Origin: Xanthomonas campestris pv. campestris str. ATCC 33913
GTDB lineage: Bacteria > Pseudomonadota > Gammaproteobacteria > Xanthomonadales > Xanthomonadaceae
DNA length: 32,000 nt
NCBI RefSeq assembly: GCF_000007145.1
Contig: NC_003902.1
Coordinates: 2,516,497 to 2,548,496, forward strand
Reading direction: 5' to 3'
Position 1 is the stretch's first letter, and every line of letters begins with the position of its first letter. This document shows positions 1 to 8,951 of this stretch, one piece after another. A model generated the notes under the pieces. The model saw only the letters and a list, made by a program, of their open reading frames with translations, made no database searches and was not told the DNA's origin. A program made the translations under genes and the position numbers.

Positions 1-69
1 CAAGCCGGCGCCGCCGGCGCCCACCACGACCATGTCGTACTTGTGTTCTGTAATCTTGTAAGCGGACAT
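1..69 (-). CDS. sdhA: succinate dehydrogenase flavoprotein subunit, first 23 codons only (continues beyond window start)
   Basis: Reverse complement of 1..69 reads MSAYKITEHKYDMVVVGAGGAGL, the FAD-binding GxGxxG N-terminus typical of SdhA/FrdA. It lies 30 bp downstream of sdhD on the same strand, giving sdhC-D-A order. Confidence 0.8.
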   Translation of the reverse strand, partial: MSAYKITEHKYDMVVVGAGGAGL

Positions 70-99
70 CGAATTATAGATTCCTGTTGGGTCGCTGGC

Positions 100-486
100 T
101 CAGGCGATGCCTAGCGCGATACGCGCCACGGCAAACACGCTGACGATGGCACCGAGAACGGCGACAAAGCGCACGAGGGTCTGCGCCGCAAGGGCGAGCA
201 GCGAGTTGTGCACGTAATCCTCCAGCACCACCTGCATGCCGAGCTGCGCATGCCAGAACGAGGCGATGAGGAAGCCCACCAGCAGGATCGCGTTCCACGG
301 CTTGGCAACCGCGGCGCTCGCCGCTGTGTGGTCGGCACCGATCAGGCTCAACACTAAGATCAGGAACCAGATCGACAGCGGCACCAGCGCGGTGGCGGTC
401 AGACGCTGCACCACGAAATGCTCGGTGCCGGTCTTGGCGGCGCCCAGGCCGCGCACGTTCTTCAACGGGGTTCTATAGCGGCTCAT
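100..486 (-). CDS. sdhD: succinate dehydrogenase hydrophobic membrane anchor subunit (128 aa)
   Basis: Internal ATG (484-486) of track ORF 100..711 gives MSRYRTPLKNVRGLGAAKTGTEHFVVQRLTA..., the SdhD anchor signature with three hydrophobic helices. Its start overlaps the sdhC stop by 4 bp (ATGA). The upstream part of the track ORF is Arg/Pro-rich and non-protein-like. Confidence 0.9.
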   Translation of the reverse strand: MSRYRTPLKNVRGLGAAKTGTEHFVVQRLTATALVPLSIWFLILVLSLIGADHTAASAAVAKPWNAILLVGFLIASFWHAQLGMQVVLEDYVHNSLLALAAQTLVRFVAVLGAIVSVFAVARIALGIA

Positions 487-878
487 ACGGCACCTCCGGA
501 CAGCAGCACGTACGCCCAGATGGCGGCGGTCAGCACGAAGCTCAAAATCACCGACAACCAGCCGATGCTGACGAACGAGCGCACGGCATAGCCCTGGCCG
601 AAGTCCTGCAGGATGTGGCGCAGGCCACCAAACAGGTGGAAGGCAAAGCACCAGGTCCAGCCGAACAGGAACACCTGTCCATACCAGGCTGCCGCCATGT
701 CGCGGAAGCAATTCCAGTGGTCGGGGCCAAGCATGAGGGTCAGCAAGGCGGCGGCAATCACAAGGGCGCCGATGGACAGAACAATGCCGGTGGCTCGATT
801 CAGGATCGAGGTCACCATCTGTATCTGCCAGCGATACACCTGAAGATGCGGGGAAAGTGGACGTTCGCGGGTCGCCAT
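483..878 (-). CDS. sdhC: succinate dehydrogenase cytochrome b556 subunit (131 aa)
   Basis: MATRERPLSPHLQVYRWQIQMVTSILNRATG... carries the SdhC motif (RPLSPHLQ.Y...M..SI.HR.TG) and three TM helices. It sits directly upstream of sdhD. Confidence 0.92.
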   Translation of the reverse strand: MATRERPLSPHLQVYRWQIQMVTSILNRATGIVLSIGALVIAAALLTLMLGPDHWNCFRDMAAAWYGQVFLFGWTWCFAFHLFGGLRHILQDFGQGYAVRSFVSIGWLSVILSFVLTAAIWAYVLLSGGAV

Positions 879-934
879 TCGCTGGGCTCGTTTTCTCGGC
901 TGGGCGGCACTAGGCCGCTGTGGCTAAAAGCTGC

Positions 935-1105
935 TCAAAAATCGATGCAGCGTCCATTTTTTTCCCAGTCGCCGTAGCGCGTTGGCTCAGGGCCGTCGCG
1001 CCCACCAATCTCCTTGGGCAGGGGTTTCTTCTCGGGAATGTGCTCCTGAGGAGAAGGCTGCGTCTCGGAATCCTGCGCTGGGGTGGGGGTTGGATGGCCT
1101 ATCAT
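935..1105 (-). CDS. DUF1674 / SDHAF4-like small protein (56 aa)
   Basis: ATG at 1103-1105 gives MIGHPTPTPAQDSETQPSPQEHIPEKKPLPKEIGGRDGPEPTRYGDWEKNGRCIDF. The C-terminal GPEPTRYGDWEKNGRCIDF is the DUF1674 signature as I recall it. It is the 3' part of the otherwise implausible track ORF 935..1510 and lies 56 bp upstream of sdhC on the same strand. Confidence 0.75.
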   Translation of the reverse strand: MIGHPTPTPAQDSETQPSPQEHIPEKKPLPKEIGGRDGPEPTRYGDWEKNGRCIDF

Positions 1106-1144
1106 AGTGGTCTCACAACATTGCGATCTTAGTCCTCCCCTTCC

Positions 1145-2017
1145 ATGGCTGACAACCTGAATCTTATTCCACATGGTTTTGGCTCCCTGCACGACATGCA
1201 ATACGTCCGCTTGAGCGGTCCGGATGCAGTGGCGTTCGCGCATGCCCAATTTGCCAATGACGTGCAAGCACTGGCGATTGGGCAGTGGCAATGGAATGCG
1301 TGGCTGACAGCGAAGGGGCGCGTGATTGCCATTTTCGCACTCTTGCGTGATGAGGATGCGCAATTGCTGATGCTGTTGCCCGATGGCAACGCGGCCGAGA
1401 TCGCCGCGCAGCTCGGCCGTTTCGTGTTCCGGCGCAAGCTGCGCATCACCGAGATTGCGCTGACCGCACAAGGCGCGTTCGCCGCACCCGCACGCGCGCA
1501 GGCGGCACATGCCGACGTGGCTGCGGATGCGATCGAACTGGACATGGGCAGCCCTGCCTTGCCGCGCACGCTGGTGTTGCGCGCGTCGGACACATTGGCA
1601 GCGCCTATCGATCTGCCGAACATGGATGCCGCATGGCGTCGCGCAGACCTGCAGCTAGGGCTGGTGCGGCTGCCAGATACGCAGCGCGAACAGTGGACCC
1701 CGCAACAGCTGGCGTTGGACCAGCTGCATGCGTTCAGCGTCAAAAAGGGCTGTTACCCGGGCCAGGAAATCGTGGCGCGCACGCATTTTCTGGGCAAAGC
1801 CAAACGCGCGGTGCATTTGCTGGAAACCGACGCTGCGGTTGCGCCGGGCGATGCGGTGCGCCTGGACGGCGCTGAGGTGGGCAGCGTGGTCAGTTGCGCC
1901 GAGAACGTGGCGCTAGCGGTGCTGCCGCTGGAGCTGGCAATTGAGGCAGGCATGACGCTGAGCGCCGGCACCTCCCCTGCCCGACCGCTGCAGATCCTGC
2001 CCGGGCTGGCCCGCTAA
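1145..2017 (+). CDS. ygfZ: folate-binding Fe-S cluster maintenance protein YgfZ (290 aa)
   Basis: GcvT-like fold protein with the diagnostic YgfZ motif KKGCYPGQEIVARTHFLGKAKR (K-G-C-Y-x-G-Q-E). High GC3 coding signature. Confidence 0.88.
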   Translation: MADNLNLIPHGFGSLHDMQYVRLSGPDAVAFAHAQFANDVQALAIGQWQWNAWLTAKGRVIAIFALLRDEDAQLLMLLPDGNAAEIAAQLGRFVFRRKLRITEIALTAQGAFAAPARAQAAHADVAADAIELDMGSPALPRTLVLRASDTLAAPIDLPNMDAAWRRADLQLGLVRLPDTQREQWTPQQLALDQLHAFSVKKGCYPGQEIVARTHFLGKAKRAVHLLETDAAVAPGDAVRLDGAEVGSVVSCAENVALAVLPLELAIEAGMTLSAGTSPARPLQILPGLAR

Positions 2018-2170
2018 GGGCAGCGATTCTGCTCCACAGGGTGGTGCGACATTTCGCCGCAGCCATCCCTGTGCACGCGGCGGACTCGCGTTCGCCGGGC
2101 ATCAAGCGAGTCAATGCATGCGCAGCACCTGCCGACCTCTGCACGAGGCCGGCAGCGCACTCGCGCAGTG

Positions 2171-3265
2171 TCAGGAGGCCGAGGTCGTCAGGCGTTCGCC
2201 GCTGGCCGGGTCGAAGAAATGCAGTGCTTCGCTGCGCAAGGCCAGCCGCAGCGACTCGCCCACCGCCGGCAACGCCTGCGGGGTGACGCGGATCACCAGC
2301 GGCTGCCCGCCGCGGTCGAGATTGAGGAAGATCTCATTGCCCACCGGCTCGGTGACATCGATACGTGCATCGAATCCCAACTGCGCGTCGGCTGACGGCT
2401 GCAGGTGCTCGGGGCGCACGCCCACCACGACCTCCTGGCTCAGCCAGCGCTGATCGATCTGCGCCGCGCCCAGCGGCACGCGCCAGCCATCGGCCATCAC
2501 CAGATGCAGGCCATCCTGCGCGTCCAGCCGCCCCTGCAGCACGTTCATTGCCGGGCTGCCGAGGAAGCCGGCCACGAACAGGTTGGCCGGGCGGTCGTAC
2601 AGTGCCATCGGGCTGTCGATCTGCTGGATCACACCATCCTTGAGCACCACGATGCGCTGGCCCAGGGTCATCGCTTCGACCTGGTCGTGGGTGACGTAGA
2701 TCATGGTGGTGCCGAGCTTGCGATGCAGCTGCGCGATCTCGGTGCGCACGCTGTGGCGCAGCTTTGCATCCAGGTTCGACAATGGCTCATCGAGCAGGAA
2801 CACCGCCGACTCGCGCACCATTGCGCGCCCCAGCGCCACGCGCTGGCGCTGGCCGCCGGACATCGCCTTGGGTAGCTTGTCGAGCATGGGCGTCAAGCCC
2901 AGTAACTCGGCCGCATTGTTCACCCGCTCGGCAATCACCTGCTTGGGATGGCCGCGCAGCTTGAGCCCGAACGCCAGGTTTTCGGCCACGGTCATGTGCG
3001 GGTACAACGCGTAGCTCTGGAACACCATGGCGATGTCGCGATCCTTCGGCGCCACGTCGTTGACCACGCGGTCGCCGATGCGCAGCGTGCCCGCACTGAT
3101 GTCCTCCAGCCCGGCGATCATGCGCAGCAAGGTGGACTTGCCGCAGCCGGACGGCCCGACCAGCACCATCAGCTCGCCATCGGCGACTTCGAAGCTGGCC
3201 CCTTGCACAGCAACCTGCCCGTTCTCGTAGACCTTGCGGACACCTTCCAACTGCACTTTCGCCAT
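2171..3265 (-). CDS. sugar / glycerol-3-phosphate type ABC transporter ATP-binding protein (MalK/UgpC/MsiK family, 364 aa)
   Basis: Walker A GPSGCGKST, Q-loop, signature MSGGQRQRV, Walker B FLLDEPLSNLD, H-loop YVTHD, plus a C-terminal MalK-type regulatory (TOBE-like) domain. No permease or binding-protein gene is adjacent. Confidence 0.92.
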   Translation of the reverse strand: MAKVQLEGVRKVYENGQVAVQGASFEVADGELMVLVGPSGCGKSTLLRMIAGLEDISAGTLRIGDRVVNDVAPKDRDIAMVFQSYALYPHMTVAENLAFGLKLRGHPKQVIAERVNNAAELLGLTPMLDKLPKAMSGGQRQRVALGRAMVRESAVFLLDEPLSNLDAKLRHSVRTEIAQLHRKLGTTMIYVTHDQVEAMTLGQRIVVLKDGVIQQIDSPMALYDRPANLFVAGFLGSPAMNVLQGRLDAQDGLHLVMADGWRVPLGAAQIDQRWLSQEVVVGVRPEHLQPSADAQLGFDARIDVTEPVGNEIFLNLDRGGQPLVIRVTPQALPAVGESLRLALRSEALHFFDPASGERLTTSAS

Positions 3266-3378
3266 CTTTCGGCCTCAACAGGAGTGGTGCGCCCCACCCT
3301 CGGCCCTCCCGATGGTAGTGACGCCATAGCGCTTGCAAGGAAATCTCCTGCAAACGAATGCATTGGTTTATTCTGACA

Positions 3379-3394
3379 TGTAATCGTTTTCACA
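3379..3394. promoter_or_regulatory. candidate CRP/Clp-type (or other dimeric regulator) operator TGTAA-N6-TCACA
   Basis: TGTAATCGTTTTCACA differs at one position from the CRP-family consensus TGTGA-N6-TCACA and is flanked by CA..TG. It lies in the AT-richest patch of the 394-bp divergent region between the ABC ATPase gene and zwf. Confidence 0.3.
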
Positions 3395-3659
3395 TGGCAA
3401 CATCGATCTCGGGAGGGACCATGCCGCCACCAACGCACGCCGTCCATCTAGACAGCGTTTCTACCTGCGCAAGGCCGATCATGCCGCCGCGCAGGTGCAG
3501 GTATACCGCTCCAGCGCTAACCGCTGACCGCCACTTGCTGCAACAATCGGGGATTGGGCGTCAGCGTCCATCCCCCGCTGCGCGCACGCAAGTGTCGCCA
3601 GGAACAGACGTACCGACCGCCGGCATCACCGGCGCCTTCCCGCCAAGCCGCTGATAACG

Positions 3660-5117
3660 ATGTCTCCAGAATCTGAAACTCGGTCCATGCACAACACCCT
3701 GATCCTGTTCGGCGCCACCGGCGATCTCGCCCAGCGCTATCTCTTTCCATCCCTGCTGCGCCTGTTTGTCGACGGCCTGTTGCCGGAGGACTTCCGCATC
3801 CGTGCGTTGGCCCTGTCGCAGCACGACACCGACGCCTTCCGCGAGGTACTGCGCCCGCGCCTGGCCCAGGCGCTGCCGATTGCCACCGCCGCGCAGATCG
3901 ATGCGCTGCTGCAGCGCATCGACTACCGCTCGGCGGACCTGCGCAATGCCGAATCGGTGGCCGAGGCCGTGCGCGAACTGGCCAGCCGCCAGTGCGTAAG
4001 CTATCTGGCGATTCCACCGGGCCTGTACATCAGTACCTGCCAGGGCCTGGCCCTGGGCGGCGCGCTGGCTGCACCGCACCGGTTGATGCTGGAAAAACCG
4101 ATCGGCCACGATTCGGACAGCGCCCGCGAGATCCTGCAGTCGATCGGCGCACTGATCGACGAAGACCGCGTGTTCCGTCTCGACCACTACCTGGGCAAGG
4201 CCGCGGTGCAGAACCTGGTGGCGCTGCGCTTCGGCAACACCTTGCTGGAAGCGGTGTGGAACCGGACCTACATCGAATCGGTACAGATCCTGGTGGCCGA
4301 GAGCGAAGGCGTGGACGGCCGCGATGCCTACTACGCCCGCTCCGGCGCGCTGCGCGACATGGTGCAGAGCCATATCCTGCAGTTGCTGTGCCTGGTGGCC
4401 ATGGAGCCGCCGGCCTCGCTGGAAGCCGACCGCATCCGCGACGAGAAGGTCAAGGTGCTGCGCGCCTTGCGCCCGATGACCGCCGAGCACGCCGCGCAAG
4501 ACAGCGTGCGTGGCCGCTACACCGCCGGCAGCATCAACGGCGAGCCGGCGCAGGCCTACCACCCGCCGGAAGGCAGCGATGTGGAAACCTTCGTCGCGGT
4601 CACCGCGCACATCGACAACTGGCGCTGGGCTGGCGTGCCGTTCCACCTGTGCACCGGCAAGCGCCTGGCTGAGCGCTCCACGCGCATCGTGGTCACGCTC
4701 AAGCCGGTGACGCATTGGTTGTTCGAGCGTCCGGACCGCCAGAACGCGGTGCCCAACCGCCTGACCTTCCAGCTGCAGCCGCTGGAAAACATCGAGCTGG
4801 GCCTGATGAGCAGCCTGGCCGGCCCGGAATGGGGTGCGATCGAACTGCAGCCGCTGGAACTGGAGCTGTCCGTGCCCACCGGCCTGCACCGCCGTATCGC
4901 GTATGAACGCTTGTTCGTGGATGCCTTCAACGGCAACCCGGCGCTGTTCGTGCGCGATGACGAGGTCAAGGCCGCCTGGGCCTGGATCGACAGCGTCAGC
5001 GATGCCTGGTCGGACGCACAGCTGCCGCTGCAGCCGTATCCGGCCGGTAGCTGGGGCCCCGAGACCGCCGCACCGTTCCTGCCCCCGGCCACCGACGCAC
5101 AGGGAAACAACGCATGA
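3660..5117 (+). CDS. zwf: glucose-6-phosphate 1-dehydrogenase
   Basis: NADP-binding LFGATGDLAQRYLFPSL and active-site FRLDHYLGK motifs over full G6PD length. The start is uncertain: ATG 3660 (485 aa) or ATG 3687 (MHNTLILFGATGDL, 476 aa), neither with a strong SD. Confidence 0.93.
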   Translation: MSPESETRSMHNTLILFGATGDLAQRYLFPSLLRLFVDGLLPEDFRIRALALSQHDTDAFREVLRPRLAQALPIATAAQIDALLQRIDYRSADLRNAESVAEAVRELASRQCVSYLAIPPGLYISTCQGLALGGALAAPHRLMLEKPIGHDSDSAREILQSIGALIDEDRVFRLDHYLGKAAVQNLVALRFGNTLLEAVWNRTYIESVQILVAESEGVDGRDAYYARSGALRDMVQSHILQLLCLVAMEPPASLEADRIRDEKVKVLRALRPMTAEHAAQDSVRGRYTAGSINGEPAQAYHPPEGSDVETFVAVTAHIDNWRWAGVPFHLCTGKRLAERSTRIVVTLKPVTHWLFERPDRQNAVPNRLTFQLQPLENIELGLMSSLAGPEWGAIELQPLELELSVPTGLHRRIAYERLFVDAFNGNPALFVRDDEVKAAWAWIDSVSDAWSDAQLPLQPYPAGSWGPETAAPFLPPATDAQGNNA

Positions 5118-6121
5118 CTGCTCCTTCCAAGCCGGTGCTGGTTGCCGACATCGGTGGCACCAACGCGCGCTTCGCGCTGGCCGACATCGATGCCTCGGTA
5201 CCGCTGCTGGACGACACCTGCCGTGAGTTCGCGGTGGTCGAGTTCGGCTCGCTGGGCGAGGCCGCGCGCTATTACCTGGACCAGATTGGCGTGCAGGCCA
5301 CCAAGGGCGTGTTCGCGGTGGCCGGCCGTGTGGATGGCGACGAAGCCCGCATCACCAACCATCCGTGGGTGATCTCGCGCTCGCGCACCGCCACCATGCT
5401 GGGCTTCAGCACGCTGCACCTGATCAACGACTTCGCCGCGCAAGCGATGGCGATCAGCCTGCTGCGCCCGCAGGACGTGGTGCAGGTGGGCGGCGCCAGC
5501 TGGCGCCCGGCACCGATCGAGCTGCCGCGCAACTACGGCGTCATCGGCCCGGGCACCGGGCTGGGCGTGGGTGGCCTGATCATCCGCAACGGCCGCTGTT
5601 TTCCGCTGGAAACCGAAGGCGGCCATGTCAGCTTCCCGCCCGGCACGCCGGAAGAGATTCGCGTGCTGGAGATCCTGTCCGAGCAGTTCGGCCGGGTCTC
5701 CAACGAGCGCCTGATCTGCGGCCCGGGCCTGGTCAACATCCACCGCGCGCTGAGCGAGATTGCCGGCATCGACCCCGGCCCGCTGGAGCCCAAGGACATC
5801 ACCGCACGTGCCGCCGCTGGCGACCCGCGTGCCTCGCGCACCATTGATCTGTTCTGCGCCATCTTCGGCGCGATCGCCGGTGACATGGTGCTGATGCAGG
5901 GTGCCTGGGACGGCGTCTTCCTCACCGGCGGGCTGGTGCCCAAGGTGCTGGATTCGCTGCAGCATTCCGGCTTCCGCCAGCGCTTCGAACACAAGGGCCG
6001 TTTCTCCGCAATCATGTCGCGGGTGCCCTCGCTGGCGGTGATGCATCCGCATGCCGGCCTCCTGGGTGCAGCGGCGTATGCGGTGGACGCCGAACGCGCA
6101 TTGCCGGGAGAGCAGCGATGA
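5114..6121 (+). CDS. glk: glucokinase (335 aa)
   Basis: N-terminal LVADIGGTNARFAL ATP-binding motif and full Glk-family length. Its start overlaps the zwf stop (ATGA). Confidence 0.92.
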   Translation: MTAPSKPVLVADIGGTNARFALADIDASVPLLDDTCREFAVVEFGSLGEAARYYLDQIGVQATKGVFAVAGRVDGDEARITNHPWVISRSRTATMLGFSTLHLINDFAAQAMAISLLRPQDVVQVGGASWRPAPIELPRNYGVIGPGTGLGVGGLIIRNGRCFPLETEGGHVSFPPGTPEEIRVLEILSEQFGRVSNERLICGPGLVNIHRALSEIAGIDPGPLEPKDITARAAAGDPRASRTIDLFCAIFGAIAGDMVLMQGAWDGVFLTGGLVPKVLDSLQHSGFRQRFEHKGRFSAIMSRVPSLAVMHPHAGLLGAAAYAVDAERALPGEQR

Positions 6122-6837
6122 GTTTGCAGGACAACGACCGCATCAGCCTGGTGCGCTACGACGACCTCGACGAATGGACCGAAGCGGTGGCCAGCGAAAT
6201 GGCCGACCTGCTGGAACAGGAAATCTCGCGCCGCGGCCAGGCGCGCATGCTGCTGTCCGGCGGCACCACCCCGGCGCCGGTGTACGAATCGCTGGCGCAT
6301 CGCCCGCTGGATTGGTCGCGGGTCGAGGTGGGCCTGGTGGATGAGCGCTGGCTCTCTCCACAGGACCAGGACAGCAATGCCTGGCTGGTCAAGCAGAGCT
6401 TCCTGGACCATGCACCGGCGGCCACCTTCATTCCGTTGGTGCGCCCGGGCAAGCAGTTGCCCGAGTGCGTGCATACCGCCAACCTGCAGGCCACGCATGC
6501 CGAACCGGCCTGCCTGGCGGTGATGGGCATGGGCGGCGACGGGCATACCGCCTCGCTATTCCCCGGCTCGACCGATCTACCCAAGGCCCTGGCCAGCCCG
6601 CAGCCGTACGCGTCGCTGGACGCCACCGGCTGCCCCGGTGCCAACCAGTGGCCGCTGCGCATCACCTTGACCCCGGCCGGGCTGGCGCCAATTCCCACGC
6701 GCCTGCTGTTGCTGCGCGGCAAGCAGAAGCTCGATGTGCTGCAGGCGGCGCTGGCAGGCGAGGACATCAGCGAATACCCGATCCGGGTCGCGCTGCAGCA
6801 GCCTGGCCCGCGCCTGCGGGTGCATTGGTGCAGTTAG
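6118..6837 (+). CDS. pgl: 6-phosphogluconolactonase (239 aa)
   Basis: LLSGGTTP and MGMGGDGHTASLFPG motifs of the Pgl/NagB superfamily. Its start overlaps the glk stop (ATGA). Confidence 0.9.
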   Translation: MSLQDNDRISLVRYDDLDEWTEAVASEMADLLEQEISRRGQARMLLSGGTTPAPVYESLAHRPLDWSRVEVGLVDERWLSPQDQDSNAWLVKQSFLDHAPAATFIPLVRPGKQLPECVHTANLQATHAEPACLAVMGMGGDGHTASLFPGSTDLPKALASPQPYASLDATGCPGANQWPLRITLTPAGLAPIPTRLLLLRGKQKLDVLQAALAGEDISEYPIRVALQQPGPRLRVHWCS

Positions 6838-6912
6838 TGGATGTCGGGACCTCGGGTGGGTGGCTTGGTCATGCTGATGGCGTGCAAGCACTTGCCCACG
6901 TTGTGATACCGC

Positions 6913-6943
6913 GGCAGCCCGCATCGCCTGATGCCGGGCTGCC
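6913..6943 (+). other. GC-rich stem-loop between pgl and edd
   Basis: GGCAGCCCGCATC-GCCT-GATGC(C)GGGCTGCC forms a roughly 13-bp stem with one bulged C and a tetraloop. No T-run follows, so it is not a classical terminator. Confidence 0.4.
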
Positions 6944-6982
6944 ATTGAACACCTTCCCCCTGTTTCTCATAGCCGGTAGCCA

Positions 6983-8899
6983 ATGAGCCTGCATCCGAAC
7001 ATCCAAGCTGTCACCGACCGTATCCGCAAGCGCAGCGCGCCCTCGCGCGCGGCGTACCTGGCCGGCCTTGATGCCGCCCTGCGTGAAGGCCCGTTCCGTA
7101 GCCGCCTGAGTTGCGGCAATCTCGCGCACGGTTTTGCGGCCTCCGAGGCGACCGACAAGTCGCGCCTGCGCGGCGCGGCCACGCCGAACCTGGGCATCAT
7201 CACCGCCTACAACGACATGCTCTCGGCGCATCAGCCGTTCGAGCATTACCCGCAGATGATCCGCGACACCGCGCGTGCGCTCGGCGCCACCGCGCAGGTC
7301 GCCGGCGGCGTGCCGGCAATGTGCGACGGCGTGACCCAGGGCCGTGCTGGCATGGAGCTGTCGCTGTTTTCGCGCGACAACATCGCCCAGGCCGCGGCCA
7401 TCGGCCTCAGCCACGACATGTTCGATGCGGTGGTCTATCTGGGCGTGTGCGACAAGATCGTGCCTGGCCTGTTGATCGGCGCATTGGCCTTCGGCCACCT
7501 GCCGGCGTTGTTCATGCCGGCCGGCCCGATGAGCCCGGGCATTCCCAACAAGCAGAAGGCCGAAGTGCGTGAGCGCTATGCCGCGGGCGAAGCCACCCGT
7601 GCCGAGTTGCTGGAAGCCGAATCCGCCTCCTACCACTCGCCCGGCACCTGCACCTTTTACGGGACCGCCAACTCCAATCAGGTGTTGCTGGAAGCGATGG
7701 GCGTGCAACTGCCCGGCGCCTCGTTCGTCAATCCCGAACAGCCGTTGCGTGATGCGCTGACCCGTGAGGGCACCGAGCGGGCGCTGGCGATCTCCGCGCT
7801 AGGCCAGGACTTCCGCCCGTTCGGTCGTTTGATCGACGAACGCGCGATCGTCAACGCCGTGGTCGCCCTGATGGCCACTGGCGGCTCCACCAACCACACC
7901 ATCCACTGGATCGCTGTGGCACGTGCGGCGGGCATCGTGCTGACCTGGGACGACATGGATCTGATCTCGCAGACCGTGCCGCTGCTGACCCGTGTCTACC
8001 CGAACGGCGAAGCCGACGTGAACCGCTTCCAGGCTGCTGGCGGCACGGCATTCGTGTTCCGCGAACTGATGGACGCCGGCTACATGCACGACGACCTGCC
8101 CACCGTGGTCGAAGGCGGCATGCGTGCCTATGCCAACGAGCCGCGTTTGCAGGACGGCAAGGTCATCTATGTGCCCGGCACAGCGACCAGCGCCGATGAC
8201 AGCGTGGCACGCCCGGTCAGCGATGCATTCGAATCGCAAGGTGGCCTGCGCCTGCTGCGCGGCAACCTGGGCCGCTCGCTGATCAAGCTGTCGGCGGTCA
8301 AGCCCCAGCACCGCAAGATCGAAGCGCCTGCGGTGGTGATCGACACCCCGCAGGTGCTCAACAAGCTGCATGCGGCCGGCGTGTTGCCGCATGACTTCGT
8401 GGTGGTGCTGCGTTACCAGGGCCCGCGTGCCAACGGTATGCCGGAGCTGCATTCAATGGCCCCGTTGCTCGGCCTGTTGCAGAACCAGGGCCGTCGCGTG
8501 GCGCTGGTCACCGACGGCCGTTTGTCCGGTGCCTCGGGCAAGTTCCCCGCCGCGATCCACATGACGCCGGAAGCCGCGCGTGGCGGCCCGATCGGGCGTG
8601 TCCGCGAAGGCGACATGGTGCGCCTGGACGGCGAAGCCGGCACGCTGGAAGTGCTGGTTTCGGCCGAAGAATGGGCATCGCGCGAGGTTGCACCCAACAC
8701 CGCCGTGGCCGGCAACGACCTGGGCCGTAACCTGTTTGCGATCAACCGCCAGGTCGTCGGCCCGGCCGACCAGGGCGCGATTTCGATTTCGTGCGGCCCG
8801 ACCCATCCGGACGGTGCGCTGTGGAGCTACGACGCCGAGTACGAACTGGGCGCCGATGCGGCCGCTGCCGCGGCGCCGCACGAGTCCAAGGACGCCTGA
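6983..8899 (+). CDS. edd: phosphogluconate dehydratase (638 aa)
   Basis: IlvD/Edd family with motifs AMCDGVTQG, GVCDKIVPG and GTCTFYGTANSN. It sits between pgl and eda. Confidence 0.93.
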   Translation: MSLHPNIQAVTDRIRKRSAPSRAAYLAGLDAALREGPFRSRLSCGNLAHGFAASEATDKSRLRGAATPNLGIITAYNDMLSAHQPFEHYPQMIRDTARALGATAQVAGGVPAMCDGVTQGRAGMELSLFSRDNIAQAAAIGLSHDMFDAVVYLGVCDKIVPGLLIGALAFGHLPALFMPAGPMSPGIPNKQKAEVRERYAAGEATRAELLEAESASYHSPGTCTFYGTANSNQVLLEAMGVQLPGASFVNPEQPLRDALTREGTERALAISALGQDFRPFGRLIDERAIVNAVVALMATGGSTNHTIHWIAVARAAGIVLTWDDMDLISQTVPLLTRVYPNGEADVNRFQAAGGTAFVFRELMDAGYMHDDLPTVVEGGMRAYANEPRLQDGKVIYVPGTATSADDSVARPVSDAFESQGGLRLLRGNLGRSLIKLSAVKPQHRKIEAPAVVIDTPQVLNKLHAAGVLPHDFVVVLRYQGPRANGMPELHSMAPLLGLLQNQGRRVALVTDGRLSGASGKFPAAIHMTPEAARGGPIGRVREGDMVRLDGEAGTLEVLVSAEEWASREVAPNTAVAGNDLGRNLFAINRQVVGPADQGAISISCGPTHPDGALWSYDAEYELGADAAAAAAPHESKDA

Positions 8900-8951
8900 T
8901 CCCCTTCCCTCTCTGCGATCGCCCAGGCGGTCGCCGTCTCCAGGAGTTGCA

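Noticed and set aside
100-711. Extended N-termini offered by the ORF track for sdhD (203 aa), the RND genes (10918..14244, 14001..17660), eda (8580..9611) and the two cytochromes (18747.., 18692..)
   Set aside because: The extensions overlap the upstream genes, are Arg/Gly/Pro-rich, and precede internal ATGs that give canonical N-termini (family start motifs, signal peptides) with 4-bp ATGA coupling or SD sequences.
2018-2170. Possible terminator CTGCCGACC...GGCCGGCAG between the convergent ygfZ and ABC ATPase genes
   Set aside because: It is only an imperfect 9-bp stem with no flanking U/A-runs, which is too weak to call as a feature.
3561-6052. Long minus-strand ORFs 3561..4889 (442 aa) and 4556..6052 (498 aa)
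   Set aside because: They are antisense to zwf and glk, whose plus-strand products carry unambiguous family motifs. The antisense products are Ala/Arg/Gly/Gln-rich and motif-less.
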